DNA from: Silvanigrellaceae bacterium
Lineage (GTDB): Bacteria > Bdellovibrionota_B > Oligoflexia > Silvanigrellales > Silvanigrellaceae
Assembly: GCA_049423385.1 (NCBI GenBank)
Contig: JBMSQQ010000054.1
Span: 1-23,619, forward strand
Length of the DNA: 23,619 nucleotides
Direction: 5' to 3'
Below the pieces are notes generated by a model, which had not been told where the DNA came from, did not search any database, and saw nothing but the letters and a program-made list of their open reading frames with translations. Of the stretch, positions 8,546-17,284 are shown one piece after another (the stretch's first letter is position 1; each line of letters starts with the position of its first letter). Position numbers and translations under genes: made by a program.

Positions 8546-9295
8546 TCAGCGGACTTTTTGATAGTCGATACGGGCGGTGAATTTTTCCAGGCTGGAACCT
8601 TTTTGCTTGCGGACAATCGATGGAGTCTCAAGCGCCAAGGGTCTATAACCTTCGGGCGATTTTTGGAAAGTCATGAAAATTGGTTTCACCAGTTTTTTGA
8701 GTAAAAAATTGCTGAGCGAAAGATTGACGCACAAATCGCCACTCAATTCCCGGCAATTTTTACCCTGACCCGCGATTTCGAAGGCGAGCACCATTCCCCG
8801 TTCGGCGATCGCCAGTTTCACCGGAATCTTTTGGCCTTTCTCAAACATCGGGGTGAAAGGACTCATGTAGGCCATCAAGGACCCTGGTGCGACCGTGTTG
8901 TCTGTCAGTTTTTCGCTCGATGAAGATGATTTTCCGTTTTGGGTGAAAGTCATGAACACTTCACCTGCCTTGGCTTCCACTCGCGCCTCGTCGCCGGTTT
9001 GGAACTGTTTCATGGCATAAGATTTGAACTGACCCCGGGCATCGTATTCCGTTTGTTCGTCGACAAGAATTTTTCCCGCAAGATCCTTTTGTTGAATCTG
9101 CGTGGACAGTGCAACGCCGTTTTTTGATTTGTGGATGTATTGGATATTGAAAAGGACACCTTCTTCCAGTGCATCTGCATCACGCACAGTGCCCTGACCC
9201 ATGACTACAACTTCTGCAGGTGCGGCTTGGGCTGCAGGAAACGACAAGAGCTGAATCGACGCTGCACAACCGATGAGAAGCAATAACCTATGCAT
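8546..9295 (-). CDS. Secreted hypothetical protein, beta-rich
   Basis: Sec signal peptide ending AQA-A, GGGAG upstream of ATG, 249-aa ORF with a beta-strand-like pattern. No family recognised. Confidence 0.7.
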   Translation of the reverse strand: MHRLLLLIGCAASIQLLSFPAAQAAPAEVVVMGQGTVRDADALEEGVLFNIQYIHKSKNGVALSTQIQQKDLAGKILVDEQTEYDARGQFKSYAMKQFQTGDEARVEAKAGEVFMTFTQNGKSSSSSEKLTDNTVAPGSLMAYMSPFTPMFEKGQKIPVKLAIAERGMVLAFEIAGQGKNCRELSGDLCVNLSLSNFLLKKLVKPIFMTFQKSPEGYRPLALETPSIVRKQKGSSLEKFTARIDYQKVR

Positions 9296-9547
9296 GGCAC
9301 GTCACTCCCGACGATCAACTTCCGCCGGCATTTCCGGCTCTTCGCGTGGAAAATAGACAACTACTGTTTTGCAAGTCAACCCTGATCTTTGGGGCCGTTG
9401 TCGCGGCTTTTAGTGTTAACATTCTGGAATAACTATAGAAGTTGGTTTGGGCTTTTGTTTTTAAACTTCCTGGGATAGTTGCAATCTCGGCCTGCTGGTC
9501 AACATTTACGTCATTCTTGCTGAGTTGTTTCAGCAATGGAGGCTTTT

Positions 9548-10717
9548 GTGCATCAATTCCATAGCCGAATTCTCTTTTCGATTTTGCCATTCGCCGTGTT
9601 CGCGCTTTTTTCCTGTCGCGCGATCGAAAGCGTGGACAAGGTGGAAAAGTCGACCGCCGAGGTTGGTGAGAAGATGGACAAGACAAACGACGGCATCGAC
9701 CGGACCAACCGCAAGATGGATGAAACGAACGGCAGCATCGATGAAACAAATAAAAAAATGGACGACGTTCGTCGGCAGATGAACGACATGAACAACAAGC
9801 TTGTCGAAACCAATCAACGTATGGAGACAATGAACCGGGCTTTGGATCGCATGTATCAGGATCTTCGCCAGGGCGACGCACTCAATGCCCGCCTCAAGAC
9901 AATTGAAAAAATGGAAGAGACTCCGCATCTTGTCGGCAAGACTGTCTATGCAGCGCAGTATTTCATGTCTTTTGAATACCAACTTTGGAAGGGTATTGGA
10001 TTCGATGACCCGGAGATGCAGTTGGTTCTCAAAAGAAGTGCGGTGGACGAATTTGTGCAGATTCTTCGCCGATTGGTTCAAAAAGACTTTCCGGTGGATG
10101 CTCTTGACGACAGCAACGATGTGGCATCGGCAAAAGCACTTGCCTTGTCGATGCATATGCTGAATGAAAATTCGGAACTCGATCTCAAGAAGAAAAACAT
10201 GGCGTTGGAATCGATGCGCGATCTGTTGAAGGAATCGCTCACATATGGGCATCAGCTCAGCCAATCCAGAATCACCTCCGAAGACATTCCCGAGTTTGCC
10301 AAGGTCGCACTCAAAGAGCCGGAACTGGTCCGCTATTTGTTTGATTTGCGCGTGAACATACTGCCGGCACTTGTGGTGAGCTACCTTTCAGAAGTCAGTG
10401 CTGATGATTTGTGGAAGCGGTGGTCGACCCGAGCCTCCGTTGTCATGAAAAGTTGGACGGCCCGCACGGAAAACCTCAACGAATTGCAATTGCAGGAATA
10501 CGTTCGTTGGTTGAGCTGGGCGAATGCAGATGTTGAGTTCCTGAAGAGCATCGGCATGCATCCACGACGTGATAAAATGCTGATCCGAACCCTGCAAAAC
10601 ATGCAGTTTATTGAGGAGAAATCAATATCCTCTGGTTCTGCGGCGAATTCTACAAAGCAGCGCGCGCTCAATGGCCTCAGAAGCGAACTTGAGCGTTACC
10701 TCAAGAATGTGAATTGA
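9548..10717 (+). CDS. Hypothetical lipoprotein with N-terminal heptad-repeat coiled coil
   Basis: Lipobox-like LFSC. GGAGG (9538-9542) sits 5 nt before GTG 9548; ATG 9536 is the alternative start. 14-aa repeats are followed by a helical domain. Confidence 0.75.
   Translation: MHQFHSRILFSILPFAVFALFSCRAIESVDKVEKSTAEVGEKMDKTNDGIDRTNRKMDETNGSIDETNKKMDDVRRQMNDMNNKLVETNQRMETMNRALDRMYQDLRQGDALNARLKTIEKMEETPHLVGKTVYAAQYFMSFEYQLWKGIGFDDPEMQLVLKRSAVDEFVQILRRLVQKDFPVDALDDSNDVASAKALALSMHMLNENSELDLKKKNMALESMRDLLKESLTYGHQLSQSRITSEDIPEFAKVALKEPELVRYLFDLRVNILPALVVSYLSEVSADDLWKRWSTRASVVMKSWTARTENLNELQLQEYVRWLSWANADVEFLKSIGMHPRRDKMLIRTLQNMQFIEEKSISSGSAANSTKQRALNGLRSELERYLKNVN
9671..9838 (+). repeat. Degenerate 42-nt (14-aa) in-frame tandem repeat
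   Basis: AAGATGGAC at 9671, AAGATGGAT at 9713 and AAAATGGAC at 9755. Protein units KMDKTNDGIDRTNR / KMDETNGSIDETNK / KMDDVRRQMNDMNN / KLVETNQRMETMNR. Confidence 0.75.
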
Positions 10718-10739
10718 GCTCACCCACACGGTCCGCAGC

Positions 10740-11369
10740 ATGTCTTCAGAAATCGACACTACCCTTAAATATCGCGACCAGCACAAAGAGCGTCTTGCCT
10801 GGATGCCGTGGTTGTATGATTCGCTCAAGCCGCACCAGATGGAGTGGGCGAGGGAGTGGCAAACGGAAATCCAGCGCCGGCTGATGGACCTTGAGACGGT
10901 CCGCATTGCAGAAAATTGTTTTGTAGCTCCCTCAGCTCGATTGTTTGCGGAGCCGGGTCGGCTGATTGATGTTGGAGCCGGTGCCCGGATTGCAGCAGAT
11001 GTTTTTCTTCACGGTCCGATTCGACTTTTCGAGAATGTGAGTCTCAACGCACGGGTTACGATTGATGGTGGTTCGGCGGGTGTCAGCATCGGGCCTGACA
11101 CAAGAATTGCAACGGGAACCTCTATTTTTGCCTTTGATCACGGAATGCACCCTGACCGGCTTGTGCGCGAGCAGCCCGTTCGCTCACGCGGAATCATCAT
11201 TGGTGCGGATGTCTGGATTGGAGCCAATGTCTCCATCACGGACGGTGTGCGCATCGGCGACCATGCCGTTGTTGCAATGGGAGCCGTTGTCACCCGCGAT
11301 GTTGAGCCATGGCAAATTGTTGCCGGGGTGCCGGCAAAGCCTGTTGGTGATCGGCGCAACAGGCGATAA
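10740..11369 (+). CDS. Hexapeptide-repeat (left-handed beta-helix) acyltransferase
   Basis: IIIGADVWIGANVSITDGVRIGDHAVVAMGAVVTRDV and VAGVPAK, with the FDH motif of the MAT/WcaF-like group. Confidence 0.93.
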   Translation: MSSEIDTTLKYRDQHKERLAWMPWLYDSLKPHQMEWAREWQTEIQRRLMDLETVRIAENCFVAPSARLFAEPGRLIDVGAGARIAADVFLHGPIRLFENVSLNARVTIDGGSAGVSIGPDTRIATGTSIFAFDHGMHPDRLVREQPVRSRGIIIGADVWIGANVSITDGVRIGDHAVVAMGAVVTRDVEPWQIVAGVPAKPVGDRRNRR

Positions 11370-11383
11370 TTCCATTGGATGAA

Positions 11384-12106
11384 TCAAATCGACATGCGTT
11401 TGGTGCTCGACAGTCCACCATCGACGGCCATCGTTTGTCCCGTGATCATCCGGCTCCGCTGACTCAACAAAAATGAAATGGCTTCTGCTTGATCATCAGG
11501 TTCTGCAAGTTTCTGAATCGCCTGAAGTTGAAGACTCGATTTGAGAGCGTTTTCGTTTTCAACGATTCGCTGACTCATTCTGGAGCGGGTCAAGCCGGGT
11601 GCAACACAATTGAAACGGATGGGTGCGTAGGTTGCAGCACAAGAACGAACCAACGCTTCCAGGGCGCCCTTGGCAGCTGCAATCGCCTCATGATTTTGCA
11701 GGCCGATTCTGCTGGCCGTGCTGGATATCAACACCACGCTGCCATCTCCTTGTTGCTTCATCAGCGGAAGAACGCACCGCAGTCCTACATATGCCGTTGT
11801 GACGTGTCTGCGCATCACATCTTCCCATTCCTCGAGGCGCGTGAGGTGGAGTGGCTTGAGCAGGATCGAACCAGAAAAGTGTGCATATCCGTCCAACCGT
11901 TGCCACTGCTCAAATGCTGTTCGGATGGAGTCACCGACAAATTTTTCATCGAGTGCCGAACCCTGGAAGGCGATGTGTTCAACATCTGGCTGAAATCCGA
12001 TCGGATTTTCTGAAAGCAAGACAAAACGTGCATCCGGGTTGAGCTGAATGACTGCCCGCGCAATTGCGGAGTTGGCTCCCTGAACAATATAAACTGGCTT
12101 GCTCAT
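11384..12106 (-). CDS. SDR family oxidoreductase with atypical catalytic motif
   Basis: Rossmann QGANSAIA, VLISSTA, HEAIAAAK, RFNCVAPG and ITGQTMAVDGG. Confidence 0.9.
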   Translation of the reverse strand: MSKPVYIVQGANSAIARAVIQLNPDARFVLLSENPIGFQPDVEHIAFQGSALDEKFVGDSIRTAFEQWQRLDGYAHFSGSILLKPLHLTRLEEWEDVMRRHVTTAYVGLRCVLPLMKQQGDGSVVLISSTASRIGLQNHEAIAAAKGALEALVRSCAATYAPIRFNCVAPGLTRSRMSQRIVENENALKSSLQLQAIQKLAEPDDQAEAISFLLSQRSRMITGQTMAVDGGLSSTKRMSI

Positions 12107-12258
12107 TTGTTTGTCCTTTGTTTTGTAGAGGCAGGTTAGCACGACATCAGCGGATCTCCGAAGGTGCGCTCCTTGGCTTGTGTTTGCGGCATTTTCCGGG
12201 AATAATTTGGCGGTTGAAATTGAATCGTGCGTCGCAGTTTTCCACGGAAGGAAGAATC

Positions 12259-13830
12259 ATGATGCTTTGTTTTCTGCGTAAGCGTTCAGTGAAATCCAGA
12301 TTTTGTGGATTGTTGCTTGCATCTATGGCGTTCCCGCTGATGCTTGCCAATTCTCCTGTGGCAGTTGCTGCAGAGGCCCGCCCGGAGAGATTTTCCCTGG
12401 AAACAATTCGCAGGCATCTGACGAATTCGAAAGCTTCGTGGCAGGCTGGTCGGACAAGTGTTTCCGAACTCGACAGCTCCGAGCAAAAACGTTTGTTGGG
12501 CGCACCCCTTTCAGACGTTCGGACAAACGGTGATTATGGAAAAAGCACCCGAGCTTTGGAAGAGGGACTTCCTGAAAAATTCGACTGGCGCAACATGAAC
12601 GGGCTCGACTTCGTCAGTCCGGTCAAGAATCAGGGCAGGTGCGGGAGTTGCGTTGCCTTTGCTGCAACCTCGACCCTGGAGACCCAATTCAATATTGTGA
12701 CCCAATCGCTGGCTCATGCCTGGTCGTTTTCTCCACAACATTTGTTCTCTTGCGGTGGTGGCTCGTGCGACACGGGTTGGTTCCCATCGACAGCAATGGA
12801 TTCGCTCATCGACGACGGCGTTCCGGAGGAAGCCTGCTTTCCCTACAAGAGCGGGGCATTGGGAGAAAATCTCTCCTGTCGCAAAACATGCAGCGATTCA
12901 AAGGTCCGCAGCACGAAAGCTGAACTGAGGGTGCGCAGCAAGCCAATCCTAGGTGCAAGCATCGACGAAGTTAAAAAAGCGCTCCTCAACGGCCCTTTGA
13001 TGACGACCATGAAAGTGTTCAACGATTTTTATTTCTATAAGGGCGGAGTTTATCGCCACCAAAAAGGCTCCATTGCAGGTGGACATGCTGTCATGCTGGT
13101 GGGTTGGAGCAACGAAGATCGTGCCTGGATTGTCCGCAACAGCTGGGGAACAGACTGGGGTGAGCAGGGAGATTTTCGCATCGCCTGGGATGATCCCAGT
13201 GGCGTCGGCGGTTTGTTTTTTGGAATGCAGGCGCGAAAGGATTTTTCTGCGCCAGTGCTTGAAGGGCTCGTCGATGCGCGCACCATCCGCAAGCCGGTGG
13301 AACTTTCCATCCGCGGATACAACGTTTCATTCCTTTCGGCCGCGCTTGAAATTCGTGGCGGCGGCTCTGCAGCGTTGGTCTCAAAGCCTTTTGGTGCTGA
13401 TGGGAAATTGTTATTCAACCCGGGCGAATTTGCAGATGGAGTATACACTGTTCAGGCAAGAACCGTGTTGGCCGACGGTGGTCAGCGCATTTCGCATGCC
13501 CGTCTCGTTTATCTTCGCAATGGTCCTGCCTCGGCGACCATCAAGATCGAACGCATGACACCCAACATGAATGTCTGGGACAAGATCGTTCCCCAATTTG
13601 TGGTGACCAGTAAACCTGTACCGTTGGCGCAGGTGCGTTACAAGATTGAAAATTCAAAAGGGGTGATTGTTCGCGTGCGGCATACGGATCATACTGCCGA
13701 CAAAGTTGCCATGAGTTTCAATCCGGAAGGCTTGCCTCTTGGCAGTTATGTGTTGGTTGCGGAAGCCGTCTCGGATGAGGGGGAAGTGCTGGCTTCCGAT
13801 CGGTTGCCGTTCAACATCATCGAGCGCTGA
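12259..13830 (+). CDS. Secreted papain-family (C1A) cysteine protease with C-terminal beta-rich (Ig-like) domains
   Basis: LPEKFDWR, PVKNQGRCGSCVAF (Gln, Cys), GGHAV (His), WIVRNSWGTDWGEQG (Asn). Signal peptide, propeptide and about 200-aa beta-rich extension. Start approximate. Confidence 0.93.
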   Translation: MMLCFLRKRSVKSRFCGLLLASMAFPLMLANSPVAVAAEARPERFSLETIRRHLTNSKASWQAGRTSVSELDSSEQKRLLGAPLSDVRTNGDYGKSTRALEEGLPEKFDWRNMNGLDFVSPVKNQGRCGSCVAFAATSTLETQFNIVTQSLAHAWSFSPQHLFSCGGGSCDTGWFPSTAMDSLIDDGVPEEACFPYKSGALGENLSCRKTCSDSKVRSTKAELRVRSKPILGASIDEVKKALLNGPLMTTMKVFNDFYFYKGGVYRHQKGSIAGGHAVMLVGWSNEDRAWIVRNSWGTDWGEQGDFRIAWDDPSGVGGLFFGMQARKDFSAPVLEGLVDARTIRKPVELSIRGYNVSFLSAALEIRGGGSAALVSKPFGADGKLLFNPGEFADGVYTVQARTVLADGGQRISHARLVYLRNGPASATIKIERMTPNMNVWDKIVPQFVVTSKPVPLAQVRYKIENSKGVIVRVRHTDHTADKVAMSFNPEGLPLGSYVLVAEAVSDEGEVLASDRLPFNIIER

Positions 13831-13842
13831 ACTGCGCGCTCT

Positions 13843-14784
13843 TCAACTTGCCTCGGGTTCAATCTTCAGGGGCTGAAGACTTTCCCTTGGGAATGCAAGT
13901 TCGAGGGCCTTCAGCAGGCCATGTGTGTTCTCGAACGGGAACATATGCCCTCCGTTCGGCACCTGCAGCCAGCGAGTTCGCGGGAAGAATTGATGGAAAT
14001 ACCTGATCGCCTTGGGGTCGCAAATCTTGCTGTCGCTGCCCGCGATGAGTTCCACGCGCAGCTGTTTTCTCTTCTCTGCGTTCATTTTTAAAAACAGGGG
14101 CGTGTGCAGGGCGGGTTGGCTTTCAAAAAGATCCGCCTCCCATTCCGGGTCGTGCTTGAGTTTGAGCGAAGCATCCTGCTGCTCGTCAAAATTTGCATCG
14201 ATATAGTGTTCGATGTGATGGTCAGCCCAGTTCCTGAAAAACGGGTTTCGCTTGAACGCAACCATGGCCTGCTTCCGGTTTCTGAAGAGTCGCTTTCGTC
14301 TGCGTGCAGGACGACTCAAGGGGTGAATTCCCCGTTGTTGAAACAGGCATGCAGTTGCCCAAAGAAATGCACTCGACGGGGGCAACAAGGGCATGTCGAG
14401 CAGCACGACGTGTTCCACCTCGGCTTCTTCAGCGGCATAGAGGGACAGCCAGCCACCCAAGCTATGTCCCGCCAAACTCCAAAATCCTGGAAATTGACCC
14501 TTCAGTTTTCCGAACAGCGATTTGAGGTCGGTACAAAGTGTCCATGGAATTTTTGCAAGACCTTCCTTATAGGCAAGGTCGGTCCCCAGCGTATTTCCTC
14601 CATGTCCCCTGGCATCGAACGTGAAAACGTTGATCCCGATTTCATCTGACCATCTTTGAAGAACGTTCATGTACGAGAGTGCGGCTATTCCCGTTGCATG
14701 GGAAAAAAGAACGAAGCGATCCGAGAGCCCGCAGGAAGGGCTAAACTGGTACACATTGATGCCATCGATGCAGAGAGTTTTCAT
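13843..14784 (-). CDS. Alpha/beta-fold hydrolase
   Basis: HATG oxyanion segment, DARGHG, nucleophile elbow GHSLGG, C-terminal GGHMFP. Alternative start TTG 14811. Confidence 0.9.
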   Translation of the reverse strand: MKTLCIDGINVYQFSPSCGLSDRFVLFSHATGIAALSYMNVLQRWSDEIGINVFTFDARGHGGNTLGTDLAYKEGLAKIPWTLCTDLKSLFGKLKGQFPGFWSLAGHSLGGWLSLYAAEEAEVEHVVLLDMPLLPPSSAFLWATACLFQQRGIHPLSRPARRRKRLFRNRKQAMVAFKRNPFFRNWADHHIEHYIDANFDEQQDASLKLKHDPEWEADLFESQPALHTPLFLKMNAEKRKQLRVELIAGSDSKICDPKAIRYFHQFFPRTRWLQVPNGGHMFPFENTHGLLKALELAFPRESLQPLKIEPEAS

Positions 14785-14891
14785 ATCATGGAGATCGGCA
14801 GGTTTGAGCAAACCTGAAGCTCTAACAGACCAATTTTTTTGATTTTTATCAGGGCGATTTGAGATTTAATACAAGTTTTTGAAAAAACTGA

Positions 14892-15962
14892 TCAATTTTT
14901 AGCGCCCTGGCTCAACAATGCGGAGGCACAAAGCTTGTAAAGGATGCGTGCACCCACGTTTCCGTCCCATTCATCACCCTTGCGACCCGACGGTGCAACC
15001 TCGTTGAGGTCGAAACCAACAATCTTTCGACCCGAAGTTGCAAGCGCTTTCAGTAGAAACATGGCCTGATGAAAGGATAAACCTCCTGCAACCGGTGTTC
15101 CCGTGGATGGGCACAACGACGGCTCGAGCCCGTCGATGTCGAAACTGACGTAAACATGTTCCGGCAGATGGCCAACAATCTCCTTCGCCAGTTTCGCAAA
15201 TGTTTTTCCCTCAAACAATTGATCGCGAATCATGAAATCGAAATAGCATTTAATCTTCTTGTGGGTTGTAGCCAACTGATACTCTTCATCACAAAAATCC
15301 CGAATGCCGACCTGAACGAGTTTGCTGACACCTGGGATTTTATGAATCACATTGTTCATGATGCTGGCATGGGAGTGCTCGAATCCTTCATAAGCGGTGC
15401 GCAGGTCTGCATGCGCATCAACATGGAGGATACCGAGTTTCGGAAATTTCTGTGCAACCGCCTGCACGGCACCAAAAGAAACGCTATGGTCGCCGCCAAC
15501 GATTCCAACAATCTTTTTAGCCTGAAGGTTTGTTTTTGCTCGTTCGAAGACGATCGCGTTCAACTCGTGGGAAATCTTGTTTGCTTTTTGCAATTTCGTC
15601 TTGAGAGCTTTGCTGTTGCCAATCTTTCCACCCTTGGCAATCACCGGCTTTGAGAGCTGACAACCTGTTTTGTTGAGTTTGCGGATTTTTTCAGACTCCT
15701 TTTCCATGTGGATTCCGAATTCCCACGGACGCGCGAGTCCGTGTTCTGCAAATTCCGCATCAAACAAATCCAGCTGAGGACTCGCATTGAGAATGGCTTT
15801 TGGACCCGAAGCCGTTCCACGGCCATAGCTGGTTGTCATTTCAAATGGGACGGGAACAAGAATCACATTGGATTCCTTGGCGGAGAACGGCAGTCCAAAC
15901 ACGTCTCCGTTGGAACTGCCTGCACCATTCGGGTCGAACTTGCGGATATCTGCTTTTTTCAT
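14892..15962 (-). CDS. speB: Agmatinase / arginase-family ureohydrolase
   Basis: Metal-ligand motifs GGDHS, DAHADLR and SFDIDGLEP, plus TGTPVAGGL and GFDLNEV. Substrate specificity is assumed. Confidence 0.85.
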   Translation of the reverse strand: MKKADIRKFDPNGAGSSNGDVFGLPFSAKESNVILVPVPFEMTTSYGRGTASGPKAILNASPQLDLFDAEFAEHGLARPWEFGIHMEKESEKIRKLNKTGCQLSKPVIAKGGKIGNSKALKTKLQKANKISHELNAIVFERAKTNLQAKKIVGIVGGDHSVSFGAVQAVAQKFPKLGILHVDAHADLRTAYEGFEHSHASIMNNVIHKIPGVSKLVQVGIRDFCDEEYQLATTHKKIKCYFDFMIRDQLFEGKTFAKLAKEIVGHLPEHVYVSFDIDGLEPSLCPSTGTPVAGGLSFHQAMFLLKALATSGRKIVGFDLNEVAPSGRKGDEWDGNVGARILYKLCASALLSQGAKN

Positions 15963-17197
15963 TGGATGAATTCTTTGTGCAGGGCATTGACTGCCGAAGT
16001 GAGCGATTTCTTGTCGATGAGGCAGGCGACCTTGATTTCCGATGTTGTCACCAGACGAATGTCCGTTCCGGCTGTCGACAAGGCCTTGAACATGCGGGCA
16101 GCAACACCAGCATGCACTCGCATTCCGACGCCAACAATACTGACCTTGGCGACGTCCTGGTTCACTTCAATTTTGCATTCAGGCGCGATTGCTTTCAATA
16201 CGTCGCGGGTTTTCGGAACATCCGTGCCGGCAACCGTGAAGTGAATGATCAGACCCTGTGAGCGCACTTCCTGGTTGATCACGTCCACGTTGATGCCGTT
16301 CTTTGCAAGTGCACCGAAAACATCGGCAAGCGTGTTCGTCGTGTGCGGAACTGGTCCCATTGTGAACCATGCTTCGTCTGCAGAATGAGCAACACCTGTG
16401 ACCAATTCACCTTCAATAGGTTCGTTGTCGGAGATCATTTCTGTTCCTTCATCTTTGCTGAAAGTGTTTTTGACAAAAAGCCGGATTCCCCATTTTGCAG
16501 CAAGATGAACACTGCGTATGTGGAGCACCTTGCTGCCCTGGCTTGCCATTTCGAGCATTTCTTCGTGGCGGATCCTGCGAATGATGCGAGCATCGCTGCA
16601 GATGCGTGGATCGGCGCTGAAAACTCCGTCAACGTCCGTGTAGATCACGCATTCCTTCGCACCGATTCCCGCTGCAATTGCAACAGCCGATGTGTCTGAA
16701 CCACCGCGTCCGAGCGAGGTGAAAAAACCGTCCTGGGTGACACCCTGGAATCCTGCAATGATGGGGATTTCTCCACGTTCAACGTGCTTGAGGATTGCTT
16801 CCTTGTTGACCGACTGGATGGTCGCGCGCGAATGCAGGTCTGTTGTGACAATTCCTGCGTGGGGAGCGAGCATCGGAACAGGATTCAGTCCTTTTTTTCT
16901 GAGCGCAAAGCTGAGCAATGCAACCGAGACCTGCTCTCCACTTGCAACAAGCAGATCGTACTCCGGAGAGTCTGTTTGATCCGTGAAGTGTTTTGCCATT
17001 CCGACCAGGCGGTTTGTTTCACCTGCCATGGCCGAGACGACCACTGCCGATGGACCTTTTTCTGCACAGAGGTTGGCGACGTGCTCAATGCGCTCCAGTG
17101 AGCCCATGCTCGTGCCACCAAATTTGAAGACGGGTCCAACGCGCATTCCGGCAGCCGCTGATGCAATGTTTCCCGCAGATTGATATTGAAGCGTCAT
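15959..17197 (-). CDS. lysC: Aspartate kinase with two ACT domains
   Basis: KFGGTS, VVVSAM, GFQG, LGRGGSDTSA, IYTDVDGVFSADPR, VSIVGVGM and TSEIK. Confidence 0.97.
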   Translation of the reverse strand: MTLQYQSAGNIASAAAGMRVGPVFKFGGTSMGSLERIEHVANLCAEKGPSAVVVSAMAGETNRLVGMAKHFTDQTDSPEYDLLVASGEQVSVALLSFALRKKGLNPVPMLAPHAGIVTTDLHSRATIQSVNKEAILKHVERGEIPIIAGFQGVTQDGFFTSLGRGGSDTSAVAIAAGIGAKECVIYTDVDGVFSADPRICSDARIIRRIRHEEMLEMASQGSKVLHIRSVHLAAKWGIRLFVKNTFSKDEGTEMISDNEPIEGELVTGVAHSADEAWFTMGPVPHTTNTLADVFGALAKNGINVDVINQEVRSQGLIIHFTVAGTDVPKTRDVLKAIAPECKIEVNQDVAKVSIVGVGMRVHAGVAARMFKALSTAGTDIRLVTTSEIKVACLIDKKSLTSAVNALHKEFIQ

Positions 17198-17284
17198 GAC
17201 AGGAAGCCTCTCTTGGAAGACTTCCCTTGCTACTAGTTGAGTTGAAAGTTTCTGACAAGTTGCAGAGACGATCGTGGGCCGGAG

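Noticed and set aside
9671..9838. Periodic repeat as a CRISPR array
   Set aside because: The units are degenerate, in-frame and coding, with no repeat-spacer structure and no cas genes.
9530..10264. 244-aa minus-strand ORF, and similar shadow ORFs such as 4907..5533 and 19527..20192
   Set aside because: They are antisense to well-supported genes and have no recognisable motifs.
12173..12190. Sigma-54-like TTGGC...TTGC upstream of the C1A protease
   Set aside because: GG-to-GC spacing is 9 nt rather than the required 10.
17198..17284. Lysine riboswitch upstream of lysC
   Set aside because: The gap is only 87 nt, much shorter than a lysine riboswitch, and no recognisable aptamer or terminator is present.
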